Shown: positions 16,407-25,837, numbered from the stretch's first letter. The stretch is DNA of 49,300 nt from Desulfobacteraceae bacterium (GCA_030642205.1 DAOWOF010000001.1:1-49300), one strand, 5' to 3'. The notes: a model not told the origin generated them from the sequence alone. Translations and numbers: made by a program.

Positions 16407-17267
16407 GGAATTTCTCCTGTAACAGTTATCGTCATTAAAGACAGATTCCTTAAAGGTAAAAAAAATACATAGTATTTAAACTATACGATTTTCAGTACGA
16501 GCTTTTTGCCGAAACAAAAAAACTTTTGAATTATTTTAATCAATAAAGGAATAATTATGGTTAAAGAAATTGTCTCTATGCCATAGTTTAACCAACTGAT
16601 TTAATTGAATAATTGGTTAATACAAAGAGAATATTTATTGAAAATTATCACAGACCTGGTTTAATATCCAGGGATTTCTTTTCCCTTTTATTTCATGTTT
16701 TAACAAACAAGGAGATTGCTTTGATTAAAATAACTTATTCCAAAATTAGATAAAAAATAAGAATGACAGCTAACAGCGATTAAGGCAGGATAAGACAACC
16801 TGGTCAAAGTATTGCTTCAGCAATGAGCCGTTTGGTATTGAATTTGCTACAACATACCAAATAACAGGGATATGAACAATTAGATCATATCGTTCAGACA
16901 CTAGTTAGGTAAAAAAATGGGGTTCAATATAAAGACATCGGTTCTAAATAATTTCAAATAATTACAGCTATCTGAGCTGCCAGAGTAAAAAATTGCAAAA
17001 GTGTTAGCTGCTTTTATGCCTAAAATGAAGGATTCCACAAATTTAATTGATTTCCTAATCATAAAATGATATCGGATTTAGGTTGGAACTTATATTTTAT
17101 ATTTGGCATCATTCTATAGCATTATAACATGTTGAATAGCTTAAACCTATTTTTATTTAATAATGCTATATATTTCATATGCACTAAAGGCTTTTCTCCT
17201 GCACCTCTTGAAATTTTTCCAGGAGTGTCCTCTTGATGCATTTATAGATTTTTTTAAGGAGGTCTTA

Positions 17268-17807
17268 ATGAAAAAAAGATTCATTTTTTTAATTTGTTGC
17301 ACTTTTTTCCTTTTATACAGTAGTTTTGCCTGGTCATGTCACATTGATCTTAGCTCTTTCCAAACGAATAGTGGTATAACATTAATACCTGGAGAGATAT
17401 ATGATGGGGAAGCTGCATTTTTCGAAGAGATAATCGGTTCCAATGAAAATGTCATTCTAAAAAATGACGCATTTAATATCCCGTCAAATGCTGGCGATCT
17501 TATCTTTCAATACATATTTATATCGGATACTGGTGGTAATGACCACTTAAGGGCTACAATCAATTCCACCAATCTAATTGATATCTATACTACAAAAACC
17601 GGATGGTATTCTATGGATTTAAGCCCCTATCAAGGGCAAATGGTTAGCTTGTCATTTGAATTATTAACACATAATTCACCTGTTGAGTCAAAGGCCATTA
17701 TCTCTAATTTAGATATTATCCCTGTCCCCAGTCCAACAAGTATGTTCTTGCTGGCAAGTGGTTTGATAGGCTTGGTTATACGTCACAGAAGGCCTCGCCT
17801 CAAATAA
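17268..17807 (+). CDS. Secreted protein with C-terminal PEP-CTERM-like sorting signal
   Basis: The ATG at 17268 follows AAGGAGG. Has a signal peptide (MKKRFIFLICCTFFLLYSSFA). The C-terminus IPVPSPTSMFLLASGLIGLVIRHRRPRLK has the motif, TM helix and basic tail of a PEP-CTERM signal. Confidence 0.7.
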   Translation: MKKRFIFLICCTFFLLYSSFAWSCHIDLSSFQTNSGITLIPGEIYDGEAAFFEEIIGSNENVILKNDAFNIPSNAGDLIFQYIFISDTGGNDHLRATINSTNLIDIYTTKTGWYSMDLSPYQGQMVSLSFELLTHNSPVESKAIISNLDIIPVPSPTSMFLLASGLIGLVIRHRRPRLK

Positions 17808-17840
17808 AGAGACATATTTCTTTTGATATTTATTTTGCAA

Positions 17841-17890
17841 TAAGGAGTTGTCCTGAAATAAGTTGAACAATATTACGGGCAACTCCTAAG
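17841..17890. repeat. REP-like hairpin element, copy b (TAAGGAGTTGTCC-TGAAATAAGTTGAACAA...GGGCAACTCCTAAG)
   Basis: ~11-bp stem AGGAGTTG(T/C)CC. The loop starts with the family-specific GAAATAAGTTG. It lies 34 nt after the PEP-CTERM gene stop. Confidence 0.65.
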
Positions 17891-17932
17891 CATTTATTAC
17901 AGAATGAACATCTTTAACAGCCTCTCCTAAAA

Positions 17933-19120
17933 TCAATAACCTCTTTTGTTTGTTGTATCCCTTGCCAGGTTTATCTCAACTCCTGCTTCCTCCAATAAAG
18001 CTTGTACTGTTCCTTCTTTTTTATAGGCAACAATAACCTGATCAGGTTTAAATTCCAGTAGCCATTTGCCTACTAAGAACCCGCGTTTATGCTTTTCCAT
18101 GGAATATGGGTTGCGGATGTATTCTTCCGAAATAACATCGTTACTAATACTGTCTATTGTTTGAAGCAAAAACCAGGGAGCCTTAGCCAAATGCTTTGCA
18201 AGAATTCCTTTTGGTCCATCAACAGGAATAAAACGATGGATATGTTCAGGCTTATGGCACAGTGCCTTAATCCTGATCATCACCACCCTTGGAAATCCTT
18301 CCAGGATCTCCTTTTCAAGGATACGAACAATGCGATCAGCAAGTTCGTAGGAATGGATTTTTAAGACTACATCCAAGTCAACCAAAAAACGTCCGCCAGC
18401 TGTACGGCTTAAGCATCGCTCAACTTTTACAACTCTGGGATTATTTTCTACTAGTCCTATGATTTCACGTTCAGAATCTCTGTCAATAGCCTCATCCATT
18501 AGATCACGAAGGGCTTTGAACAATAATTGCCCTCCTGACCAAAAAACAAAAATAGATACTAAGCCTGCAGCCCAGCTATCAAGATTGAAACCAAAATAAG
18601 AACCAAGGAGACTTACAAGAACGACCCCTGTAGACAGGCTATCAGCAAGATAGTCACGGGCATCAGCTACCAGGGCTGGGGAATTGAGACGATTTCCAAC
18701 ACCAAGCTGATAAAAACCAAAGGCTAAACTTATAGCTAATGAAATCAAGGCAACCGGCATCGCAATAGTTATATCAGGATAGGTGGTGGGTCCTAGTATG
18801 GCTTGACGGCCTATTTCATAGCCAGCAATTATAATAATAATTGATGTTATTAATGTTGCTATGTTCTCTGCCTTATACAAGCCATAAGGAAAGGATGGAT
18901 GCTTCATACCTGCAAAGGATAAGCCTATAAAGGCTGCTAAAGCTGAAATGACATCAGCTCCAGAGTTTATAGCATCACCAAGAAGAGCCGCTGAATTTGA
19001 GTAAATACCAGTTATACCCTTCCCGATAGCTAAAACCAGATTGATTCCAATAGAAAGACCTGCGCTTGTACGTGCTCTTTTAATTGCGAGCGAAGAAGAT
19101 GTGTCTTTGTTCGATGACAT
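17933..19120 (-). CDS. Cation diffusion facilitator (CDF) transporter fused to a C-terminal NifX/NifB-like (Nitro_FeMo-Co type) domain
   Basis: The N-terminal ~290 aa has 6 TM helices plus a CDF cytoplasmic domain. The C-terminal ~100 aa (IPVDGPKGILAKHLAKAPWFLL...NPY...DQVIVAYKKEGTVQALLEEAGVEI) resembles the HFGxAxxF...GIxV pattern of the dinitrogenase FeMo-cofactor-binding domain. Confidence 0.8.
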   Translation of the reverse strand: MSSNKDTSSSLAIKRARTSAGLSIGINLVLAIGKGITGIYSNSAALLGDAINSGADVISALAAFIGLSFAGMKHPSFPYGLYKAENIATLITSIIIIIAGYEIGRQAILGPTTYPDITIAMPVALISLAISLAFGFYQLGVGNRLNSPALVADARDYLADSLSTGVVLVSLLGSYFGFNLDSWAAGLVSIFVFWSGGQLLFKALRDLMDEAIDRDSEREIIGLVENNPRVVKVERCLSRTAGGRFLVDLDVVLKIHSYELADRIVRILEKEILEGFPRVVMIRIKALCHKPEHIHRFIPVDGPKGILAKHLAKAPWFLLQTIDSISNDVISEEYIRNPYSMEKHKRGFLVGKWLLEFKPDQVIVAYKKEGTVQALLEEAGVEINLARDTTNKRGY

Positions 19121-19253
19121 CTTGGACTTATATCCCTGGTAGATAATAATTATTTATGATAATCGTCTTCCTGGACAAATAGAACCAAAGTATTCTCTCC
19201 CTGATCTACCATCAAAAAAATATAAATCCTCGTTGCGCTTAAAAAGACAAGGA

Positions 19254-19287
19254 GATAGAATAGATTTGGAGTAACAAATCTATTATC
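19254..19287. promoter_or_regulatory. Imperfect palindrome GATAGAATAGATTT-N7-AAATCTATTATC (candidate operator)
   Basis: Located in the divergent region between the CDF gene (-) and the ABC exporter (+). The 8-bp core ATAGATTT/AAATCTAT is perfect. Confidence 0.3.
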
Positions 19288-19356
19288 AATGAAATAAATT
19301 TATAATGGCATAAGGCCGTTATCCTTTCAAGTATGAAAAAGAGATAAAAACATAAT

Positions 19357-20244
19357 ATGAAACGACCTATCCTTGAATTAAAAAATATTATTAAAGACTT
19401 TTCAAAAGTTCGTGCTGTAGACGGAATTGATTTATCAATTGAATCAGGGATCTGTTTTGGGCTTTTAGGCCCCAATGGAGCAGGGAAGACGACTCTGTTT
19501 GAGGTCATAGAAGGGATTCTGACTCCAACATCGGGACAAATTTTATACAAAGGTAAGCCGCGTAAAAGAAGGTTTAAGGAGGAAGTGGGAGTCCAATTCC
19601 AGCATACTGAATTTCCTCATTTTTTGACCGTAAAAGAGACTTTAATGTCTTTTCGTAATTTGTATAAACACAAAGCAGATCTAGACTATTTAATTGAAAC
19701 CTGTTATTTGCAGGACATTTTAGATCGCGATAACAGAAAGATCTCCGGAGGGCAAAAACAGCGGCTCCTTTTAGCAGTAGCCTTGGCCAATGACCCTGAT
19801 CTCATTTTTTTGGATGAGCCAACGACTGGCCTTGATCCTCAATCCCGACGGCATTTATGGGAGATTGTCAAACAAATTAAATCAAATAATAAGACAGTCA
19901 TCCTAACGACACATTATATGGATGAGGCCCAGATTTTATGTGATAAAATCGCAATTATGGATTTAGGAAAATTTATTGCAGAAGGCTCACCAAAAGAGCT
20001 TCTTATTACCAACAATAAGACTAATTTTATTGTCCTTGAAGGAGATGTAGATAAGGATATCCTGGTAAAATTGCCATGGCCCTGGAAAAGATTAAGGGGT
20101 AGAATTGAGATATATACAAATAGCGTCAATGATTGTATGAAAATTCTATTAGAAATGGATATCGATCTTTCAAGGATATCTGCCCGGGCACAAAATCTTG
20201 AAGACCTTTTCATTAAACTAACAGGAAAAGAATTACGTGCTTAA
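19357..20244 (+). CDS. ABC transporter ATP-binding protein (ABC-2 exporter type)
   Basis: Has Walker A GPNGAGKTT, signature SGGQKQR and Walker B LIFLDEPTTGLD. Confidence 0.9.
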   Translation: MKRPILELKNIIKDFSKVRAVDGIDLSIESGICFGLLGPNGAGKTTLFEVIEGILTPTSGQILYKGKPRKRRFKEEVGVQFQHTEFPHFLTVKETLMSFRNLYKHKADLDYLIETCYLQDILDRDNRKISGGQKQRLLLAVALANDPDLIFLDEPTTGLDPQSRRHLWEIVKQIKSNNKTVILTTHYMDEAQILCDKIAIMDLGKFIAEGSPKELLITNNKTNFIVLEGDVDKDILVKLPWPWKRLRGRIEIYTNSVNDCMKILLEMDIDLSRISARAQNLEDLFIKLTGKELRA

Positions 20245-20273
20245 GTAATTAAGGACAATACAGGAGATCTTTG

Positions 20274-21305
20274 ATGTCGCAACGCATATGGACACTTTTT
20301 CTAATGAGAAACAAGGAATTTTATCGAGATAAGGGTTCCTTGATGTGGAATATTCTCTTTCCTTTTCTAATAATAGTCAGTTTCAATATGATTTTCAACA
20401 ATGATCAAAATCTTTATAAAGTGGGTGTGGTTGATACCATTAATGATGGAACAAGTGCCCTTGATAATAAACCTGTTTTTTTTCTGGAAACAAAATTTAT
20501 TGATTTTGTTTCTTTTCATTCAATAGAGGAAGGATTAGATAAGCTTAAACATCATCGAATTGATTTTCTAATTCGGCCTGCCTCAAAACAATACTGGGTC
20601 AATACACCTTCTCCTAAAGGCTATATTGTTGAAAAACTTTTGGCAGCTTCTTTTACAAATAAGCAATCAGGTTTTGAAAAACAGTTAATTGTTGGGAAAA
20701 AGATATCTTATACAGAATGGCTCTTCCCTGGAATTCTGGCAATGAATACAATGTTTAGTTCCTTGTTTGGTGTAGGCTATGTAATCGTCCGTTATAGAAA
20801 GAACGGAGTCTTAAAAAGATTAAGTATGGCGCCAACAAAGACATATGAATTCTTAATCGCTCAAATTCTTTCCAGGATGTTTATAATACTTTTATCAACA
20901 ATAATTGTTTATTTTGGATGTGTTGTGCTTTATGGATTTAAATGTAATGGTTCTCTGCTTAACCTGTTAGTTGTTTTTTCATTAGGTCTTTTCAGCTTAA
21001 TATCTCTTGGATTATTGATTGCCGCTCGTAGTAGCAGCGAGGAATTCGCCGGTGGGATTCTAAACCTAATCAGCCTTCCTATGATGTTCCTTTCTGAGGT
21101 ATGGTTTTCTCTGGAGGGCGCAAATCCATGGGTTATATATGTTTCCAAGATCTTTCCGCTTGCCCACCTGGTTGATGCGTCCAGAAAAATAATGAATGAT
21201 GGAGCAGGGTTGGCCGAAATAAAATATCATATTACAGCCTTAATCATAATGTCATTTTTATTTTTAACTATTGGCTCCTTCCTTTTTCGATGGCAGAAAA
21301 CATAA
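20274..21305 (+). CDS. ABC-2 family transporter permease
   Basis: Has a long periplasmic loop after TM1 and 5 C-terminal TM helices, and lies directly downstream of the ATPase. The ATG at 20274 has GGAG 7 nt upstream; the track uses TTG 20271. Confidence 0.8.
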   Translation: MSQRIWTLFLMRNKEFYRDKGSLMWNILFPFLIIVSFNMIFNNDQNLYKVGVVDTINDGTSALDNKPVFFLETKFIDFVSFHSIEEGLDKLKHHRIDFLIRPASKQYWVNTPSPKGYIVEKLLAASFTNKQSGFEKQLIVGKKISYTEWLFPGILAMNTMFSSLFGVGYVIVRYRKNGVLKRLSMAPTKTYEFLIAQILSRMFIILLSTIIVYFGCVVLYGFKCNGSLLNLLVVFSLGLFSLISLGLLIAARSSSEEFAGGILNLISLPMMFLSEVWFSLEGANPWVIYVSKIFPLAHLVDASRKIMNDGAGLAEIKYHITALIIMSFLFLTIGSFLFRWQKT

Positions 21306-21324
21306 GTGTTACGTCCCGAACAAG

Positions 21325-21852
21325 CTAGAGTCCACGAAGGATCCCCATAACAGCTTTTTTTGGAAGCTGGGAACTAATTTTACCATTAGCATAAAAACCT
21401 AAGCCTAAAATAAAATTCTGATAGTCAAGAATTATATAGCCTGTATCAAGATCTGTCTCTACTTTTATTTTTTCATTAGATATGAGTTTATGCAACTGAT
21501 CTTGATCAATTTTTAACCTCGCACGAGTAGCATGGTGTCCAAATATCTGTATAAAACAGGTAGTTGGTTTAAGATAAGAACTGACACGCCTAATAGCAAT
21601 CAACCCTACCTTTGCCACTTTTAATTGCGATCCAACTGCTAAATGGTGTGTGGATCGCATTAAAGACCATGCCTTTTCCCTCCCAAACAAAATATAGTCA
21701 TCAAAAAGGCTCTTATTGATTCCAAATCTATTTTCAAGATATGCCATGATTTTCTTTCGATCATGCTCTTTTGCTAATTCTGGCCATGAAGAATCCCACG
21801 GAGTCGACCCAATGAGGATACAATCTGATGGTTTTTTCAATTCTTTTGTCAT
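21325..21852 (-). CDS. RsmF C-terminal / PUA-like RNA-binding domains, normally fused to the upstream methyltransferase
   Basis: LENRFGI... and GYIILDYQNFILGLGFYANGKISSQLPKK match the RsmF C-terminal domains. It overlaps the upstream ORF by 92 nt in another frame. See the finding on the frameshift. Confidence 0.7.
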   Translation of the reverse strand: MTKELKKPSDCILIGSTPWDSSWPELAKEHDRKKIMAYLENRFGINKSLFDDYILFGREKAWSLMRSTHHLAVGSQLKVAKVGLIAIRRVSSYLKPTTCFIQIFGHHATRARLKIDQDQLHKLISNEKIKVETDLDTGYIILDYQNFILGLGFYANGKISSQLPKKAVMGILRGL

Positions 21853-22666
21853 ATATTTTCCCCACCCAGGAAATAATGCCTGGAGAGTATCTCAAATTCA
21901 TCTCAATAGGCAGCAATTCAGCATCTCTATTTTCCAAAAGATAATTAACCACAGCTTCATTCTCATCAGGATTATAGGTGCAAGTTGAATAAATCATTTG
22001 GCCACCAGGCTTTAACAAATCATAGCCCCTGATTATTATCTTTTTCTGTAAATCAGGAAGCCTGCCTTTTTTCATCTTTTCTTTATAGCGCATTCCTTTT
22101 TTAGTTTTTCTAAACATTCCCTCGCCAGAGCAAGGCACGTCGGCCAAAATATAATCAAATTTTTGCCTTAAAGGGAATTCCTGGGCTTGATAACTCGTAA
22201 CAATGGTGTTAAGAATTCCTAATCTATTCAAGGTATTTCCCAGAGCAAGATGCCTGCTAGGATAAAGTTCATTGGCAACAATCAATCCTGAGTTACCCAT
22301 TATTTGAGCCATATGCGCAGTTTTTCCTCCAGGCGAAGCACACATATCAAGAACCAATGAATCTTCTTTCGGTGAAAGAATGATAGAGGCGAGGCAAGAG
22401 GTCAAGGCCTGAGGATGAATATATCCCAAAAAATATTCCAGAAGATTTCCAGGAGAATAAAGCCCAGGAATAAAAAAAGTATAATCCACTTGTTTTGTTG
22501 ACGAGACAATATTGACACCTTTCTTTAAAAAGGCATCGACCAGGATGGCTGGTTGAACTTTTAGCAGGTTCACCCTTAGATGGGGAATAAAAGGACGCTG
22601 TATAACTTCCTGAAAAAGGGAAAATTCAGGGATAATTTCATTATAATGCTCAAAAATAGGTAACAT
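21761..22666 (-). CDS. NOL1/NOP2/Sun (RsmB/RsmF-type) RNA m5C methyltransferase, catalytic part
   Basis: Has the SAM motif DMCASPGGKT, catalytic DVPCSGEG and STCT, and ends with the domain-terminal GFFMARISK. The stop falls just after an A4 run. Confidence 0.85.
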   Translation of the reverse strand: MLPIFEHYNEIIPEFSLFQEVIQRPFIPHLRVNLLKVQPAILVDAFLKKGVNIVSSTKQVDYTFFIPGLYSPGNLLEYFLGYIHPQALTSCLASIILSPKEDSLVLDMCASPGGKTAHMAQIMGNSGLIVANELYPSRHLALGNTLNRLGILNTIVTSYQAQEFPLRQKFDYILADVPCSGEGMFRKTKKGMRYKEKMKKGRLPDLQKKIIIRGYDLLKPGGQMIYSTCTYNPDENEAVVNYLLENRDAELLPIEMNLRYSPGIISWVGKIYDKRIEKTIRLYPHWVDSVGFFMARISKRA

Positions 22667-22711
22667 TTGATTGACAATAATAGGATCTCTCCAGGTTATT
22701 AACCCTTTAGA

Positions 22712-23854
22712 TCATTTTCCTATAATATGTTTTGAAATAACTCTTCTTTGAATCTCTGATGTGCCCTCATAAATGGTGAAAACTCTTGCATCCCTGTATA
22801 ATCTTTCAATAAGAAAATCTTTGATATAACCATAACCGCCATGCATCTGGAGGGCTTTATAGGCCACTTTATTAGCGACTTCCGATGCATACACTTTTGC
22901 CATGGACGCGGCTAAAGTAATATTCTTTTTCTGATCTTTCATAGCAGCAGCATTAAAGGTCAAAAGCCTTGCAGCCTCAATTTGAGTTGCCATATCAGCT
23001 ATCATCCAACGTAAACCCTGAAAATGAGAAATGGATTTATTAAACTGGGACCTCTCTTTTATATAGTTTACAGCAGTATCCAGGCATGCCTTGGCTAAAC
23101 CTACAGATTGGGAAGCAATACCAATTCGTCCTCCATCAAGAGAGGCCATCGCGATACCAAAGCCATCACCTTCATTGCCAAGAATATTTTCTTTCGGGAC
23201 CCTGCAATCTTCAAAAATTAGCTCAACTGTATCAGAACTTTTTAGCCCCATTTTTTCTTCTTTTTTCCCAACATAAAAGCCGGGCGTTCCCTTTTCAACA
23301 ATAAAAGCGCTGAGCCCACGATGTTTTTTCCCTCTATCAGTATAGGCTGTAACCACTGTTAAGCCTGAATTTTTTCCACTTGTTATAAAAATCTTATTAC
23401 CATTAAGGATATAGCTGTCTCCATCCTTTACGGCTTTTGTGCGTTGAGCAATTGGATCAGAACCGGCATTGGCTTCAGTCAATGCAAAAGAGCCAATCAT
23501 TTGGCCAGCAGCCAAAGGCTTAAGAAATTTTTCTTTCTGGTAGTCTGATCCAAAAATATATATAGGTCCACAACTTACTGAATTATGAACCGACATAATT
23601 ACTGCAGTAGAGGCACATGCATATGCGATTTCCTGAAGAGCAACGGAATAACTTATGGTATTTACCCCAGCGCCATTATATTCAGGGGGAACATTCATTC
23701 CCATAAGGCCAAGTTCCCCCATTTTTTTTAGTATTTCTAAGGGAAATTCTCCTGTTCGGTCTCTTTCAGCAGCAGAGGGAAAAACCTCATTCAACGCAAA
23801 CTCACGAACCATTGCCTGAATCATCTGTTCTTCTTCGTTTAATTGATAAGACAT
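22712..23854 (-). CDS. Acyl-CoA dehydrogenase (short/medium-chain type)
   Basis: 380 aa. Has typical ACAD motifs (FALTEANAGSDP, IYEGTSEIQR). Confidence 0.92.
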   Translation of the reverse strand: MSYQLNEEEQMIQAMVREFALNEVFPSAAERDRTGEFPLEILKKMGELGLMGMNVPPEYNGAGVNTISYSVALQEIAYACASTAVIMSVHNSVSCGPIYIFGSDYQKEKFLKPLAAGQMIGSFALTEANAGSDPIAQRTKAVKDGDSYILNGNKIFITSGKNSGLTVVTAYTDRGKKHRGLSAFIVEKGTPGFYVGKKEEKMGLKSSDTVELIFEDCRVPKENILGNEGDGFGIAMASLDGGRIGIASQSVGLAKACLDTAVNYIKERSQFNKSISHFQGLRWMIADMATQIEAARLLTFNAAAMKDQKKNITLAASMAKVYASEVANKVAYKALQMHGGYGYIKDFLIERLYRDARVFTIYEGTSEIQRRVISKHIIGK

Positions 23855-23923
23855 CCTTCTCCCTACTATTGTGTAATTATTTTTTTATTTATGGGTCACT
23901 CCAGGGTAAAACAAACTGAATTT

Positions 23924-24472
23924 TTAAGGAGTATACAATATTACAAGAAGTTCAGCATGGTTTGCGCTAATATTTTGTAATTTATGTACTATGGAAGAAT
24001 TAAAATGTAAACATTCACCGGAAGATAAGATATTCTTATTTTCTCCAACCATGACTTCTATCTTGCCCTCAAGAACATATATGAATTCTTCACCCATGTG
24101 TTGATAGCTAACCCCTTTATGCTCTGATTGAGGATCAATAAAGATACGAAAGGCCTTTAAGTGCTTATCTCTTGCTTCCGGGGTTAGAACTTTATAGCTA
24201 TAGTCTTTAGTTCTCTTGATATAGTCTTCATCAGATTGCTTGACAAGCTTTCCTCTTTCTACATTTAAAAGAATACTTGAATCAATTCCTAATGCTCTTG
24301 AAAGCTGTAAGATTACAGAAACAGGTGGAATCACATCTCCCTTTTCGATCTGGGATATAAACTGTGGTTTCAAGCCTGTTTCATTTCCCAAATTCTTAAA
24401 AGTCAGCTTTTTTTCCTTCCTCAATTTCTGCAGTTTCTTCCCTATAGGCTGAGTGGCCTTCGATTTAAGCAT
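23924..24472 (-). CDS. XRE-family HTH regulator with C-terminal cupin domain
   Basis: The N-terminal HTH_3 pattern (LRKEKKLTFKNLGNETGLKPQFISQIEKG) is followed by a cupin fold (EEFIYVLEGKIEV...GECLHFNSSIVHKL). Confidence 0.85.
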   Translation of the reverse strand: MLKSKATQPIGKKLQKLRKEKKLTFKNLGNETGLKPQFISQIEKGDVIPPVSVILQLSRALGIDSSILLNVERGKLVKQSDEDYIKRTKDYSYKVLTPEARDKHLKAFRIFIDPQSEHKGVSYQHMGEEFIYVLEGKIEVMVGENKNILSSGECLHFNSSIVHKLQNISANHAELLVILYTP

Positions 24473-24770
24473 TTGCTAATTACTCCTATATAATTTTGAT
24501 AGCTTGCCAAAAGATACTATCCATAGAGTTGCTGCACGGATTCTTTTCTGCAAAAAACAATAAATAGAGTCTTTGTATGTACAATGGAATACGTTGTTGT
24601 AGAAGGCCCTGAATTTTAATTCATTATTCATTGATTAACCTTTATAAATCAATAGAATAGGAGGGGGATAAGCCTCAAAGCGATTTATTAATCTTCACAC
24701 ATTAAATAAAGCACAATTTGATGTCAATTTATTTCCCTTACGACTGTTAGTTTAATTCAGTCAATTTATG

Positions 24771-24799
24771 TTGACACTTAATAAATCTTTAATATATAA
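24771..24799 (+). promoter_or_regulatory. Sigma-70-like promoter (TTGACA-N16/17-TATATA/ATATAA)
   Basis: The -35 element is at 24771-24776 and the -10 at about 24793-24799. The predicted transcription start is at or next to the ATG at 24806. Confidence 0.35.
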
Positions 24800-24832
24800 A
24801 AAAATATGGAGAGAAAACCTTCTATACACTCA

Positions 24833-25825
24833 ATGTACCAAACACAAATAATCGGGACAGGTTCCTGTCTTCCCAAACGGGTGTTAACTAATAAAGATCT
24901 TGAAGATATAGTGGACACCAGTGACAAATGGATTACTAGACGAACAGGTATCAAAGAACGCCATATTTCATCTAATAATGAAAATGAAACCACTACTGAA
25001 TTGGCAACTCAAGCCTCTTTAAAGGCTATTGAAATGGCCGGAATTGAGAATCAGGATATTGATCTGATCATTACAGGAACCGTTACATCTGATCGCCAGT
25101 TCCCCTCCACTTCCTGTATGGTTCAAGACTCACTCAAGGCCACCAGAGCAGCCGGATTTGATGTGTCTGCTGGTTGTTCGGGTTTTCTTTATGCACTAAG
25201 TATAGCAGATAATGCCATTCGGTGTGGCACTAGTAAAACAGCATTGGTTATAGGAGTGGATCGTCTTTCGAGCATCACCAACTGGCTTGATCGAAGCACA
25301 TGTGTCCTTTTGGCAGATGGTGCTGGTGCAGTTGTCCTCAATTCCACTACAGAAAATCAAGGAATCCTCTCAACACATATCAGATCTGACGGGGCTTTAT
25401 GGGAACTACTATATTCTTCTCCAGGGAATAGCTATAGCCCCAAAATCCTTAATGATTTAGATCAAATGACATACCATCTCAGAATGGAAGGAAAACGTCT
25501 ATTTAAAAAAGCAATAAATTGTTTGACTTCTATTGCAAAAGAGGCATTGCAATATAATTCACTTTCCAGTAGTGACATCAATCTTGTGGTACCTCATCAA
25601 GCCAATCAGCGAATTATTGAAGGTCTTGCAAAATCTTTAGCCATTCCTCTTGAAAAGATGTACTCAAATATTCAATTATTTGGAAATACTTCCTCAGCAT
25701 CTATTCCCATAGCCTTGGATAATGCAAACAGAGAAGGCCTCATTAAAAAAAATGACTACGTCCTTCTCTCAAGTTTTGGAGCAGGATTAACGTGGGCATC
25801 ATCCATTCTTAACTGGTCACGCTAA
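24833..25825 (+). CDS. fabH: Beta-ketoacyl-ACP synthase III
   Basis: MYQTQIIGTGSCLPKRVLTNKDLEDIVDTSDKWITRRTGIKERH aligns from the first residue with the E. coli FabH N-terminus. Has active-site context AGCSGF, plus HQAN and GNTSSAS. The track ORF starts 9 codons earlier at 24806, which remains possible. Confidence 0.9.
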   Translation: MYQTQIIGTGSCLPKRVLTNKDLEDIVDTSDKWITRRTGIKERHISSNNENETTTELATQASLKAIEMAGIENQDIDLIITGTVTSDRQFPSTSCMVQDSLKATRAAGFDVSAGCSGFLYALSIADNAIRCGTSKTALVIGVDRLSSITNWLDRSTCVLLADGAGAVVLNSTTENQGILSTHIRSDGALWELLYSSPGNSYSPKILNDLDQMTYHLRMEGKRLFKKAINCLTSIAKEALQYNSLSSSDINLVVPHQANQRIIEGLAKSLAIPLEKMYSNIQLFGNTSSASIPIALDNANREGLIKKNDYVLLSSFGAGLTWASSILNWSR

Positions 25826-25837
25826 GGAGTTGTCCGT
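25823..25837. repeat. REP-like element, copy c (left half only: TAAGGAGTTGTCCGT)
   Basis: Starts at the fabH stop codon and is identical to the left arm of copies b and d. No right arm is present. Confidence 0.5.

Noticed and set aside
17104-17120. Sigma-54-like TGGCAT...AGC upstream of the PEP-CTERM gene, and TGGCAC at 48014-48019
   Set aside because: The GG-to-GC spacing is wrong by 2 nt at 17104. At 48014 the -12 position reads ATAG instead of TTGC.
19121-19356. NiCo/czcD-type riboswitch in the CDF transporter leader
   Set aside because: I could not recognise the conserved four-way-junction sequence. Only an operator-like palindrome is evident.
21761-21766. prfB-like programmed +1 frameshift at the GCA-TGA that ends the methyltransferase ORF
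   Set aside because: The P-site codon GCA cannot re-pair in the +1 frame (CAU), and no upstream SD-like stimulator was seen. An indel in the adjacent A4 run is the simpler explanation.
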